A stretch of 64,000 nucleotides of DNA from Octopus vulgaris (lineage: Eukaryota), in assembly GCA_951406725.2 (NCBI GenBank), contig OX597824.1, forward strand, positions 27,466,001-27,530,000, read 5' to 3'. Made by a program: the position numbers and the translations under genes. This document shows, in pieces, positions 13,772 to 27,641 of the stretch (position 1 is the first letter of the stretch; each line of letters begins with the position of its first letter). The notes beneath the pieces were generated by a model that ran no database searches, was not told where the DNA came from, and saw nothing but the letters and a program-made list of their open reading frames with translations.

Positions 13772-14559
13772 AAGTGCAGTAATAGTTAAAATCGAAAACT
13801 GACACCAGGTGAGGACAAAAACAATACAATGCAAACAAACTAAAACCAAATATAAACAAAGCAGAATAAAAACCAGCAGCAGAAATGGTAAAATGAACAG
13901 CTATCGCAAAAACGACTACAGCAAAATCTCTAACAGAACACCTGCACAGGTGTGTGTCATGTTATCTGAATCATTAGCATAGCAAAATGTGCAGCGTAAA
14001 AATAGGTCTATTGCTTTAGGGCCAGAAAAATAATTCAACATTATCAATTACAGACGACCTCCACAGCTAAAGTGCTGAAGTGAAGTTAGTTTTCTCCGCC
14101 GACTGCGAAAATGCTGCTTTGGAATACTTTGTGGTTATATTACAAATAATAGTGTATTTGATGACATAAAACACTGACGGGCATGTAAGATGCACTCCAA
14201 TTTCAGCAGAACATAGTCAGGAAAAAAATGCTAAGTTCATTAAAGCTTGTAATAGTTAAAGTATTCTATCAGTACATAACAAAACATGACAAATAAGAAA
14301 ACGTTACTTTAAATAAAAAAGTTAGTTAGCAGTAGAGTTGAAAAGAAAGCAAGAATTCAGGTTAGATGGAAGAGACCACCTGGATTACAATTAGTCTATT
14401 GTAATGAGCATCGGAGGTAAAAGTAGCATATGGAAATGGCCAACATTGCATATAAGACCCCGGGTGAATTATTTGAGACATATCTTAAAGTAGGAAAAAC
14501 AAAACAAAACAAAAATGCTTCTTGTATGTCACCAAATATGGTAGTCATTTTCGGCTTCA

Positions 14560-14890
14560 TCGAAGAGTCATTCCAATAACTGGCATGGCGTTATTCCCCC
14601 AAACTCCTAATTTTTGGTGTACATATATGTTGTCTCCTCTCTCTCAGCCTTCATTTCAATGGCTTCGGCTCCATGAATATAAATGGTTTATTCCTCCTGA
14701 TGTCATGCCCCTAAACTCAATGATCTCTTTTTCTCTCATTACCCACATTGCAACTTCCAAAATTCGAACTTACCAATGCGCCTGGTCATTTTTAGTCAGG
14801 ACCTTGTCAATCAAGAATTTCCTCGTTGTACATATTCATCCTGATATCAGCTTATATTGTTCCAGAGAAATCTTTCGATCAAATTCCTTT
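14560..14890 (-). pseudogene. Possible highly degenerate CR1-type RT C-terminal fragment
   Basis: Minus frames give EFRGM..HLYSWSR and RGDNIYVHQKLG, resembling the L.SLE.RR.RGDLI.VYK motif. Confidence 0.3.
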
Positions 14891-14953
14891 ATCTAAATTC
14901 AGAACGAAAATGAAGTCAACCTGATGAGTAAGGGTCGGGATGGCAAGTCGCAA

Positions 14954-15168
14954 GGCGGCGAGCTGGCAGAAATGTTAGCACGCAGGGCGAAATGCTTAGC
15001 GGTATTTCGTCTGCCGCTACGTTCTGTGTTCAAATTCCGCCAAGGTCGACTTTGAGGTTAATAAATTAAGTAGCAGTTACGCACTAGGGTCGATCTAATC
15101 GACTTAATCCCTTTGTCTGTCCTTGTTTGTCCCCTCTATGTTTAGCCACTTGTGGGCAATAAAGAAAT
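14954..15168 (+). mobile_element. Family-B SINE
   Basis: ggcggcgagctggcagaaatgttagc head and conserved body. Confidence 0.88.
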
Positions 15169-15439
15169 GAGAATCGTGATGACATAGCCGTTTTGGCGCC
15201 ACTTATTTGGCGTCGCTAATTCGACGTTGATTTATTTGACACCAGGCATTTTAATTATGTTTTCATTTTAATGCTTCCCCCATTCATGCTCTCTCTCTCT
15301 CTCCCTCTGTTAAAGTGGGTGAGCATCAAATATGTTTGCATGTATGAGTAATGTTTCTCGCTATCTCTCATCCTCTCTTTCTTTCCCCTCTTCTCCCTTG
15401 TTCACTCTATCTTTATGTGATTTCTTCAGACGAAGAAAA

Positions 15440-15617
15440 GTAGTACTAATAGCAGCAGCAGCAGTAGTAACAGTAGTACCAGCAGAAGCAGAAGCAGCAG
15501 CAGCAGCAGTAGTAGTAGTAGTTGTAGTAGTAGTGGGAGAAGAAGAAGAAGAAGAAGAAGAAGAAGGAGAAGAAGAAGAAGAAGAAGAAGAAGAAGAAGA
15601 AGAAGAAGAAGAAGAAG

Positions 15618-15649
<32 letters not shown>

Positions 15650-15660
15650 TTGAGTAGCAG
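15440..15660. repeat. Compound triplet microsatellite (GCA/GTA/GAA/CAA)
   Basis: Directly visible. Confidence 0.9.
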
Positions 15661-16319
15661 GAATGCTAGTAATATGTTTCTTTATTAGCCACATAGGGCT
15701 GCACACAGACGGGACAAATTACAAGGTAGAGCTTTTCTTTTTGGGGATAAAAAAAGGGTTTGTGGTTTTCGATCAATAAGGTATCGTGAAAAGAAAGCAA
15801 TTGGATCATCTTTATTAAATACAGCAACATTATTAAAAGCGTAAACATCATTAGACTCACAACAACGCAAAGAATAGCCCCAAGGATTTAACAGACGGGT
15901 TTTAACAGATAACAAGACAATGACAACATCACAACAGGAGACCCGGCAGTCAAGGCGGTAGCCGAAGTAATCGTCCGTAGTAACGTCCGGGCGGTGTTCG
16001 TAGAAGGTGCAGTGGCAGCAACCGTGTCGACAGCAGCAAGGGTAGCAGTACGGGGGTAGCAGTAAGGGGCAGCAGCAGCAGGGTTCGCAGTACCAAAAAA
16101 CCAGGTTTTACTTGATGGCGATAACAATAAAGACATCTAAAACGCTATATATCATGAACATTAGGAATAACACAACCACCATTACAAATAACAACAACAG
16201 AAGCAACAACAACAACAACAACAGTAACAACGACACCTATGTTACGAACAACGTCAACGGTAACAACAACTGCAAAAACTTGCCCTTAATAAAACAGCGT
16301 TGATAACCACAACAGAAGA

Positions 16320-16426
<107 letters not shown>

Positions 16427-16757
16427 GTGTAATAGATACATACATATATATATATATATATACATACATACATACATATATATATATATATACATATATA
16501 TATATGGATAGATAGATAGATAAATAGACAGATATATGCATACATATACACATGCACATATATACGTATATACATGTGTATATATATACATACATGTGCG
16601 CGCGTGTGTGTTTGTGTATGTGTGTGTATAGCAACATCAGCGATAAGAACATTTACAGCCATCCAACTGCAACAACAGCAAAAACACCAACATTAACAGC
16701 AACACCACGACCACCACCACCACCACCACCACCAACAACAACAACAGCAACAACAAC

Positions 16758-16831
<74 letters not shown>

Positions 16832-17226
16832 TGATAATAAGAATAAAAGCTACAACGGCAACAACAACAACAACAACTGTGACAACAATAATAGCAAGAA
16901 CAGCAACAGAATTCGGCGTTGATGAATCGAACAAGAAACCCTTTTGTAGTGTGTCACAGACCCACACCCAAGTTGATGTATAAATGCTTGCAGCAAGTCG
17001 TGATTCGACGAGATCAGTGTGAAAGGAAATATATCTCTTACTGGCGCAATTGAGAAATGTATTGAAACAAAATTATACAATAGCTGACTAATCTCGTAAA
17101 GTCACGTTTTAAATGAGATTCACATATCGACAAACTTCAAAATGCACAATGAATTGCCGTTAACCAAACACAGAGCTGCATACACACATGCATACATACA
17201 TACATAAATACATACATACGTATAAA

Positions 17227-17262
<36 letters not shown>

Positions 17263-17276
17263 CATATATATATATA

Positions 17277-17325
<49 letters not shown>

Positions 17326-17425
17326 GTGTATATATACATACATGCGTATATCACATAATACATTTAATTATATTATACATTTATAAAGACACACACAAAG
17401 TTATACATGCACACGCGTTTGCATG

Positions 17426-17541
<116 letters not shown>

Positions 17542-17559
17542 TTCATGTCTATATACAAA

Positions 17560-17615
<56 letters not shown>

Positions 17616-17714
17616 CATATATATATGTATATATATATATACATATATATGTATATATATCTATATCTATCTATCTATATATATATATATATATATATAT
17701 ACGTGTGTGTGTAC

Positions 17715-17763
<49 letters not shown>

Positions 17764-18520
17764 GAGGTAGAGAGACAAAGAGAGGAAAGAGTGAGTGAGT
17801 GAGAGAGAGTGAAAGAGAGACTGATGCATAAAGAGATCGGTGGCTAGATGGATAGATGGATAGATAGAGTTGTGTGAAGCTGTTTATGTGTTTTTGTGTG
17901 TGTGTGTGTGTGTGTGTATATTTGTGCTTCTGTATATGCACGTATGTGCTAATCTACGAACGCACATGCACGTATATGCACGTATACGCACATTCACACA
18001 GCAGTTTTTTTTTTCTTCATGTTTTTCTGTATGTAAGTTTTGATACAGATTGCATGGACGTATGACGTAGAAAAAAAGATATCTGCCAATGCGTAGATAT
18101 GTTTGTATGGATATAGTATGTAATTGCGAAAACGTAGGCATGTATATCTGCAAATGGTTCGTATCGTGGAGTGATATTCGCTATTGCTTACACACACTGA
18201 GGAAGAAGAAAAAATAATGCATTAACAACTGACATAGAAAATATTTGAATGAGAGGTGGTCTTTGATAGCAACGGTTATAAGAATTTCGATGATGATGAT
18301 GATGATGAGATGGAAGAGGAGGAGGATAACAACAACAGCAAAAACAACAGCAACGATAAGAACAACGACATCAACAATTTCTCAACAGTCCTTTCGACAA
18401 GAGGCGCACGGTCTGAAAACTGGAGGAGAGGATAGTCGCTGACATCGACTCCAGTACTCAACTGGTACTTAATTTGTCGATCTCGGAAGGATGAACGGCA
18501 AAGTCGACCTCGACTGTACG

Positions 18521-18591
<71 letters not shown>

Positions 18592-18611
18592 AATAATAAT
18601 ATATATATGCT

Positions 18612-18848
18612 CAATCTCGAGCCATGCCAGGATCATCAGGGCAGGTTTCCCGCTTTTAGTGGCGTAGAAATTTCCTAGCTGGACGGGACGCCGGTCTGTC
18701 ACAAGATTACTCATTTTTGCCAGCTGAGTGGACTGGGGCAAGGTAAAATGAAGTGTTTTGCTCAAGAACACAACCCTGTCCAGGAATCGAAACCAAAACC
18801 TTGCGATCGTGAGTTCGATACACTAACCACTAAACCACGCGCTTCTAC
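18612..18848 (-). mobile_element. tRNA-derived SINE, head D (CORE-like) with tail Y
   Basis: Head matches 21330-21480; tail (gacagaccggcgtcccgtcc..cgggaaacc..catggc) matches 63675-63765. Confidence 0.75.
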
Positions 18849-18872
18849 CTCACGATCATGAGTTTAATACAT

Positions 18873-18920
<48 letters not shown>

Positions 18921-19420
18921 AGGAAATTTTTTTTTAAAAATGCAGAATGCTCAAATGAAAGAAAATTTTAATAAAATGAGAAATTGATAAAATATATAAA
19001 TATATATTTATTCAACCGGTTTTCGTCATTGTATGACTTGTCAAGAATATTTATGTTTTAAAAAGTTTTTTTAAAAATTAGAAAGGGGAAAAAAAAGAAA
19101 ATTGCATTGTTTTTTGTAAAAGAATAATGATAAAAATGTACAAAAATTAAAAAATAAGTTCTCCGATACATTGTGAGTTCGTTGTGTATCTTGAGTTTTA
19201 TGGTTGTTTACGAAAAAATTACCTTGAGGTGTTAAGATCCAAAGGGATTAAGATCATGTGTTGTGTTGTTAAATTCAGCATGTTTGCAGGACAGGAAGTA
19301 GTAGTAATTGTGGTCCTGGTTCTTCAGTTCCTGTGTTGTGAGTAAGGGGAGACAACTCTTTTGAGTTCTTCAATAAAACCCAAATTATAAAATTATCATT
19401 TTAGCTTCATTTGCGTTATC

Positions 19421-20022
19421 TCACCCACAACCCCAAAAATATCGAAGCATACACCACAATCATACAAAACCTCAGTCTACTGTCAACAGACCCAAAAATG
19501 AAAAACATTATAAATACACGCAAAATCCTCAAATGCAAAAGGCAACACAAATCTTTAAAAAACTCTTGACAAATGCCAAACTTCACACACCACATCCACC
19601 CCCAACAGTAAAAAAATGTGCACGCTCAAACTGTGGTACCTGCCCCTTTCTACTTGAAGGCTCTGAATTTACCTTCAAACAAGGTACGAAGTTTAAAATC
19701 AAGACTAACTTCTCCTGTTCCTCCGAGAACCTTATCTACGTTCTCACATGCGCTGGTTGCCAACATAATTATGTTTGGACAAACGAGTCTCCCGTTACGT
19801 AAACGAGTAACGGTGCATAAAGAACAAATAAATCTCCCGGAATACCGACAAATTCCACTGAGTGACCACTTAGACTCATGTGCTAAAGACTTAAACCCCA
19901 AATTCTATATATTCCCCTTCTACCAATGTAAAGACGGGATCACCACACAGGAGAGAATTAACAAGGAGAATCTCTTTATTGAAAAATTCCAAACACAACT
20001 TAATATGCAAACTCCTCGTTGA
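19421..20022 (+). pseudogene. PLE linker plus GIY-YIG endonuclease (frameshifted)
   Basis: THNP..KRQ; Cx4Cx2C (CARSNCGTC); NLIYVLTCAGCQHNYV/GQTSLPLRKRVTVHKEQI..HL..ERINKENLFIEKFQTQLN; two frameshifts. Confidence 0.9.
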
Positions 20023-20649
20023 TCAAACTTCCTTTCTCTACCTCACTCTTCATGGATGGACTAACACAAATATATAAAGATACCATGCATTCATCACTTC
20101 AAGCTAAAACTTATATTCTTTAAATATCATTTTTACTATTGTTGTTATTACTATCATTTTTATTATAAATGATATGACAATTTGAAATGCAATTGTCTAT
20201 GCAGATTTATATAATTAGAAAATAATATAAATAAAGTGTTAAAATCTGAAAGTTAAGTTAACAAGCAATTATATAAAAAAGATAACGCAAATGAAGCTAA
20301 AATGATAATTTTATAATTTGGGTTTTATTGAAGAACTCAAAAGAGTTGTCTCCCCTTACTCACAACACAGGAACTGAAGAACCAGGACCACAATTACTAC
20401 TACTTCCTGTCCTGCAAACATGCTGAATTTAACAACACAACACATGCTCTTAATCCCTTTGGATCTTAACACCTCAAGGTAATTTTTTCGTAAACAACCA
20501 TAAAACTCAAGATACACAACGAACTCACAATGTATCGGAGAACTTATTTTTTAATTTTTGTACATTTTTATCATTATTCTTTTACAAAAAACAATGCAAT
20601 TTTCTTTTTTTCCCCTTTCTAATTTAAAAAAAACTTTTTAAAACATAAA

Positions 20650-20690
20650 TATTCTTGACAAGTCATACAATGACGAAAACCGGTTGAATA
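20650..20690 (+). ncRNA. Hammerhead-like motif in PLE pLTR (inverted copy at 19009-19049)
   Basis: UAUUC-UUGACAA-GUCAU-aca-AUGAC-GAAA-ACCGGU-U-GAAUA; U3/A8 covariation; palindromic stem III. Confidence 0.65.
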
Positions 20691-20826
20691 CATATATATT
20701 TATATATTTTATCAATTTCTCATTTTATTAAAATCTTCTTTCATTTGAGCATTCTGCATTTAAAAAAAAATTTTTCCTTACTTATCATTTCTCCACGTGC
20801 GGTCAACACAACCCCACCATTTATTG

Positions 20827-20866
<40 letters not shown>

Positions 20867-20872
20867 TTATTT

Positions 20873-21056
20873 ATTTATTATATAGAAGGAGCTTCTACAG
20901 GACTAGAACTGTTTCATTCAAGAGAAATCTTAAGATTTCTCTTGAATAAAACAGTTCTAGTCCTGTAGAAGCTCCTTCTATATAATAAATTAATTTTACT
21001 CTGCTATGTATTGAGTACCTTATTTACTGTGGTTAACCCCGAATCAACCCGGGACC

Positions 21057-21060
<4 letters not shown>
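20873..21060 (+). mobile_element. Near-perfect 118-bp palindrome (20873-20990) plus tail; fold-back PLE-type mini-element
   Basis: Axis at 20931/20932, one mismatch; the axis lies in a truncated hammerhead-like core (UAAGA-UUUC..GAAU-GAAAC). Confidence 0.7.
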
Positions 21061-21103
<43 letters not shown>

Positions 21104-21157
21104 TATATATTTATATGTATATATATATGTATATATATATATATGTATATATATTAA

Positions 21158-21480
21158 AAGACTCCGCCGGTTACGACGACGAGGGTCCCAGCTGATACGA
21201 TCAACGGAACAGCTTGCTCGTGAAATTAACGTGCAAATGGCTGAGCATTCCACAGACACGTGTACCCTTAACGTAGTTCTCGGGGATAATCAGCGTGACA
21301 CAGAGAGTGACAAGGCTGACCCTTTGAAATACAAGTACAACTCATTTTTGGCAGCTGAGTGGACTGGAGCAACGTGAAATAAAGTGTCTTGCTCAAGGAC
21401 ACAACGCGTCGCCGGGAATCGAACTCACAACCTTACGATCATGAGCCGAATGCCCTAACCACTAAGCCACGCGCCCTCAC
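21158..21480 (-). mobile_element. tRNA-derived CORE-type SINE, head D with tail X
   Basis: Minus strand gcgcgtggcttagtggtt (A-box), gagttcgattccc (B-box), gtgtccttgagcaagacac (CORE-like). Confidence 0.88.
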
Positions 21481-21982
21481 TTGTATATATATATATACTT
21501 ACGCGTGCACGTGAGCGAAGGATTAGGCGATTCGTCTCACAATCTTAAAATCGTGAGTTCGATTCCTGGCGGAGCTTTGCATCTATGAGCACGACTCTTT
21601 ATTTCACTTTACTACAGACCACTCAACTCGCACGTTCCACATGTATTCAAGGAGGGCTTGACACAGTCCTTAAACTGATGCCAATTTTTTTTCTCCGCTG
21701 AGGGCGCATTCTACAAAGAATTTCTCCCTCGAGCATCACCTTAATGATCTTCCCGAACATTCTTCCGAACAAAGTGTCCAGTCCAACGTAAAGTGTACTT
21801 GTACATCATCATCATCTCAATACTCTGAATATCATCTCCCTTCAAGATCTATTTGACTGGAGTCCGCAAAAACCAGTCAAATTTCATAATCTCAGACAAC
21901 TCTCATAGAAGCACCAAGAGCTCTTGATGCCTATAAAGGATCCATACCTAACGTCCATACACACGCACAGTACACATCATTT

Positions 21983-22362
21983 GGAGGTGCAATGGCCCAG
22001 TGGTTAGGGCAGCGGACTCGCGGTCGTAGGATCGCAGTTTCGATTCCCAGACCGGGCATTGTGAGTGTTTATTGAGCGAAAACACCTAAAGCTTCACAAG
22101 GCTCCTGCAGGGGGTGGTGGTGAACCCTGCTGTACTCTTTCACCACAACTTTCTCTCACTCTTTCTTCCTGTTTCTGTTGCACCTGTATTTCAAAGGGCC
22201 AGCCTTGTCACACTCTGTGTCACGCTGAATCTTCTCGAGAACTACGTTAAGGGTACACGTGTCTGTGGAATGCTCAGCCACTTGCACGTTAATTCCACGA
22301 GCAAGCTGTTCCGTTGATCGTATCCGCTGGGACCCTCATCTTCGTAACCGACGGAGTGCTCC
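21983..22362 (+). mobile_element. tRNA(Arg-UCG-like) SINE, head C with tail X, 12-bp TSD
   Basis: tggcccagtggtt and gtttcgattcc boxes; TSD tacacatcattt at 21971-21982 and 22363-22374. Confidence 0.9.
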
Positions 22363-22857
22363 TACACATCATTTATTCACAAATTAGCTACATGCGTCTT
22401 TGTCTAACGTTGTATATTATATATATCTCTATTTTCTTTATTCTAAATCTTTCTTAATCTTCTATCTAGAATTGTCGACCTCACAAATACCAGGAAAATT
22501 CAGTTAGTTGCATTATAATATTTATATCCATATTAATGCTTGTGATATTTTAAATTGCATCGTCTACATCTGCGCGTTTGTTATACTATCACTGTTATCT
22601 CCAACATGTATAATTACATAGCATATACATTCATGAAATATTCAGCGAACGATGATATATAATAATGCTTTATGTTTATAATATAATACATACACAAAGA
22701 CTGACACACACTCTGTCTCTTTCACACGCACACACATATGTATGTATATATGTATATATGTATGCTTATATGTATTTATATATATGTGGATATACACACA
22801 CATGTAAGCATATATTTATGCATATTGGTATGCTGGCATGTATTTATATATATGGGT

Positions 22858-22901
<44 letters not shown>

Positions 22902-22990
22902 GTATGTATATGTATATATATGTATGATTGTATGTATTTATATATATGTGGATACACACATATGTATATATGTATGTATATATGTATATA

Positions 22991-23046
<56 letters not shown>

Positions 23047-23169
23047 GCTTGTATGTATTTATATGTGTATAAACACACATGTATGTATATATGTATGTAT
23101 AAATGTGTGTATATATATTTATATATACATGTGTATACACACACATATGCATGTATGTATATTTGTAAA

Positions 23170-23465
23170 GGCCCTCGGCTTAATGTTTAGGGTATTCAGA
23201 GTAGGATCGTGAGCGGTACGCTATGTCCTTGAGCAAGACACTTTATTTCACGTTGCTCCAGTCCACTCAGCTGGCAAAAATGAGTTGTACCTGTATTTCA
23301 AAAGGGCCAGCCTTGCCACTGTGTTATATTGAATATCCCCGGGAACTTCATTCAGGGCACTCTTGTCTGCGAAGTGCTCAGCCTCTTGCATGATATTTTC
23401 AGGCGCAGGCAGTTCCGTGGATCGGATCGACTAGAACACGCATCGTCGCAACTGACGGAGTACCA
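23170..23465 (+). mobile_element. Degenerate SINE, head D with tail X
   Basis: tgtccttgagcaagacactttatttcacgttgctccagtccactcagc..tttcaaaagggccagcc. Confidence 0.8.
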
Positions 23466-23761
23466 AAATAAATTATAGATTTGTAGCTTTCTCTCAGTTA
23501 CTAAATTCAGTTATTGGACTATGACTATGGGTGGGATTGGGGCACTTCTTTTAAGGGTCCAGTCGATCAAATCACCCCCAGTACTTATTCTTTTTAAAGC
23601 CTTGTACTTATTCAATCGGTGATATTTTTCCAAAACCACTAAGATACAGTGATGTAAACAAGTCAACATCGGTTGTCAAGTGGTGGCAGGCAGCAAACAC
23701 AAACACAAAAACATACACATACACGCACATGCACGCACACACTTACACACACATAAACTCA

Positions 23762-23802
<41 letters not shown>

Positions 23803-23869
23803 TACATACATACATACATACATACATACATACATACATACATACATACATACAAACATGATGGCTGCA

Positions 23870-24357
23870 AACTCGTGTTACGACCAGCCATTTTTCAAGC
23901 GATGCCTGTGAATGATGATTTTTTATTGTGGGGGGAAGGATTTGCACAAATCCAGTTCCATTCTTTGAACATGGACAACATAAACTCAGAAAGAAGAACT
24001 AATCTACTTAATCAAATATTGTTAGTATCGAAGGTTTTCTCTCCGATTTTACGTCTCCTAGAACGCTGTGACAACAACAGAAGGGCCTTCCACTCCCAGT
24101 GGGCCAGCCGCGCGCCTGGACACCAACCCAGTCATTTCCACGTCCCCGAGCATATGTACATGTAGATATAGAAGTGCACACATATTACTGGATGGCCGTT
24201 GACTACTCGTGATCTCTTCTGCCCTTTGGCAGGTCTTACTTTTCGTCCTGAAGGGTTGTCCGACAGTCACCCCTCTCACCAAGCAAGCTTGATAGGGTTG
24301 CTAGTTTAGTCGCCGACGACCCGACGATGTAGCAGGTTGTACTGGGTTACATGTTAC
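23870..24357 (-). mobile_element. Probable RTE-type LINE 5' end fragment
   Basis: GC-richer unique island. The nearby plus-strand peptide MDNINSERRTNL resembles the RTE endonuclease N-terminus (TLMD..RPERRTAL); there is an HDV-like fold at the extreme minus-strand 5' end. Confidence 0.35.
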
Positions 24358-25006
24358 ATACAAACACACAAGTACAAGCACACCGCACACACGCACAGTT
24401 TACCACTCCATTGCTGGTAGATTAAAAAAACAATGTACTCCATTCCGGGTGAGATAAATATTTAATAAACACAGAATTTAAATGTGAACAACGATAAATT
24501 TCATGCTCTCATAGTACAGAAACCGGACAGGCTTATATAATGAAGCATGTGTTATCCTGCAATCATTCAAGCTCGTCGTACATAACTGATGAACATAGCC
24601 GATTAAACTGCTAAATAAAGCGTCTACTTCCATAAGCAGTTGCGCTGTATGTATTGAAAAATGACAATTTGATCGATCGATTCATTGTCATATGAGAAAT
24701 GATGTCGTTCAAAACTGGTGGTTAAAGGTATCGTCAAACATATACACGGAAATAATAAGATTTGAAATTATTTCGTTGATGAGTTGCGTAAAAATTTCGC
24801 TATTTTTGACAAAAAAGGGACACCTAAAACGCAGTACTTTTTCTCTTCACGGAATGCGTATTTGTCGAAACCAAGGAACGCCATTTTATTCATTGTTGCA
24901 TTTGGTCTGAATTGAAAACGATAGAATGGTTACTTCTCGAACACTATTGATCGGAATACGTCTGTTTGATGAAAGCAAACTTTGGATTATACAACAACAA
25001 CTGCTG

Positions 25007-25048
<42 letters not shown>

Positions 25049-25519
25049 AATGCTATAACTTAACTATTTAATCATAGGAGAACAGACAAACGCATAGATT
25101 CTTTTGCCAAACCTAATGTTTCCTGTTCAATTACAAAGCGTAGATTAATTGTTCTTATATGTTTAAACGACTTTCTTGATAATAGAATAAATGTGTAAAT
25201 AATTTAATTGAAATAGGTCAGTATAGATAGTATTTAATTCCGTATTGATTGCCATATTTGTAATCTCGACTCTTCGCATAAAGAATTGCCAGAAGAGAAG
25301 ACATCGGAAGTTTTGTTAGCTTCCAAGATTCCACTGAAATATATCACTGCACAATGAGTAAATCTTTTTTCGGTTTATCACATTCATTATGTCTGTGACC
25401 GTAGTTTCTACTTTGTAATCATTAGGAAAGCATCATGTTCCAAGATTTTCTGATTCTCAAGTAAAAAATGTCTATAACTTTTACACGTTCTCCGTTGTTT
25501 ATACACACACATACAAAAT

Positions 25520-25697
25520 GCATAGCGGTATTTCGCCCATCGCTGCGTTCCGAGTTCAAATTCCGCCGAGATCAACTTTGCTTTTCATCCTTTCGGGTTC
25601 GATAAATTAAACACCAGTTGAGTACTGGGGGGGGGGTCCATGTAACCGACTTGCCTCATCCCTCAAGATTTCAGGCCATATGCCTATAGTAGAAAGG

Positions 25698-25757
<60 letters not shown>

Positions 25758-25982
25758 TAGGTATTATTATTTAGCTGGCAGAATCGTTAGCACAGCGGGT
25801 GAAATGCTTCGCGGTATTTCGTCTGCAGCTTCGGTCTGGGTTCTAATTCTGCCGAGGTCGACTTTGCCTTTCATCCCTTCAGAGTCGATAAATTAAGTAC
25901 CAGCGAAACACTGGGGTCGATGTGATCGACTAGTCCTCTCCCTCAAATTTCAGACCTTGTGCATTTAGTAGAAAGGATTATT
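25520..25982 (+). mobile_element. Two tandem family-B SINEs, each ending in (ATT)n
   Basis: Copies at 25520-25700 and 25772-25982. Confidence 0.82.
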
Positions 25983-25984
25983 AT

Positions 25985-26019
<35 letters not shown>

Positions 26020-26049
26020 TCATCATCATCATCATCATTATTATTATTA

Positions 26050-26097
<48 letters not shown>

Positions 26098-26137
26098 AAT
26101 ATTATTATTATTATTATTATCATTATTACTATTATTA

Positions 26138-26179
<42 letters not shown>

Positions 26180-26876
26180 ATTATTATTATTATTATTAAC
26201 AGTCCGTAGTCCTTTTACCCAAATAATCCACCCTTATATAATGCATCCTTCAGATAATATATTGGAGCCTTTTACGAATTAGAATTATGACATGATGGCA
26301 TCCATTTCTATCTTCATAGGACTACCCCTTTTATAACATCTTATAACTGTTTTATTCTTCTCCTTTCTTTACAGCAGATTGTTTCCCCGCTATCACCTCT
26401 CTCTAATTCCCTGTCTTTCGCTCTGTAGCTTCATTCCTTCTTCCCCCCCTCTCTCTCTCTCTCCCTTTCGCCATAGTATCCTCTGTGCTTCCATACATCG
26501 TCTCAGTTTAAATACGTCAAATTCACTTCACTCAAATTTCCTTCGCAAAAGTTTAATCTTACTGCTTCATCGCTGGAGATTTAATTCCACCCCCACCCCT
26601 GCCCAACCCCTCTTCAACTTAAAATTCTAATTCCTTATCCGAAATATTGCCTGAGTAAATAGATAAATAAACTAATTAACAACTACGTTGCATTTCCTTT
26701 AATTGCATCGTTGATAATAATTGCAAAATTATGCCTTCATATGCATTCTGTATACAAACACGGTTGAAATAAATAAATACACGTTGACGCGAGGTTGCAA
26801 ATATATACTAATATACAACCTAATACAAACTTAGAGATACATAAATAATCATGCGTGCATGCGTGCGTGTGTATGA

Positions 26877-26912
<36 letters not shown>

Positions 26913-27075
26913 ACACTAAAGAATACACATGTTCCATAAGTGACAGAAACAAGTATAACAATATCAACTTTACATATCAATATGTAAATACGTACAAAGA
27001 GATAAATTATGCGCATGTATATCAATCATGACGCATATGCAACTGGCAATAATGAAGGCGTGGAGTAAAGCAATG

Positions 27076-27113
<38 letters not shown>

Positions 27114-27143
27114 CGTGTGTGTGTGTGTGTGTGTATATATATG

Positions 27144-27192
<49 letters not shown>

Positions 27193-27199
27193 GTATGTA

Positions 27200-27241
<42 letters not shown>

Positions 27242-27276
27242 TATGTATATAATGTGTGTGCGCGTGTGTGTATATA

Positions 27277-27491
27277 CTCTTTTACGCTTTTACTTGTTTC
27301 AGTCATTTTTACTGCTGCCATGCTGGAGCACCGGCTTTTAGTCGAGCAAGTCGACACCAGGACTTATTCTTTGTAAGCCTAGTACTTAGTATATCGGTCT
27401 CTTTTAGCCGAACCGCTAACATTACGGGGATGTAAACACACCAGCATAGGTTGTCAAGCGATGGTTTGGGGTGACAAACACAGACACACAA

Positions 27492-27561
<70 letters not shown>

Positions 27562-27605
27562 ATATATATATACATACATACACACACACACATATATATA
27601 TATAA

Positions 27606-27641
<36 letters not shown>

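Larger units (their letters stand above)
18917..20829 (+). mobile_element. 5'-truncated Penelope-like retroelement (Neptune-type) with inverted pseudo-LTR
   Basis: GIY-YIG coding remnant; inverted repeats 18917-19420 and 20281-20782; 47-bp unpaired 3' tail; (TA)n on both sides. Confidence 0.9.

Noticed and set aside
14900-14935. CUGAUGAG box preceded by GAAA..GUC
   Set aside because: Stems I-III cannot be formed; probably chance.
15888-16136. GC-rich ORF-like segment
   Set aside because: It looks like decayed GCA/GTA triplet sequence, with no recognisable protein.
21983-22055. tRNA-Arg-like sequence (also 63880-63952)
   Set aside because: It continues into a SINE body with a TSD and the cloverleaf is imperfect, so it is a SINE head rather than a tRNA gene.
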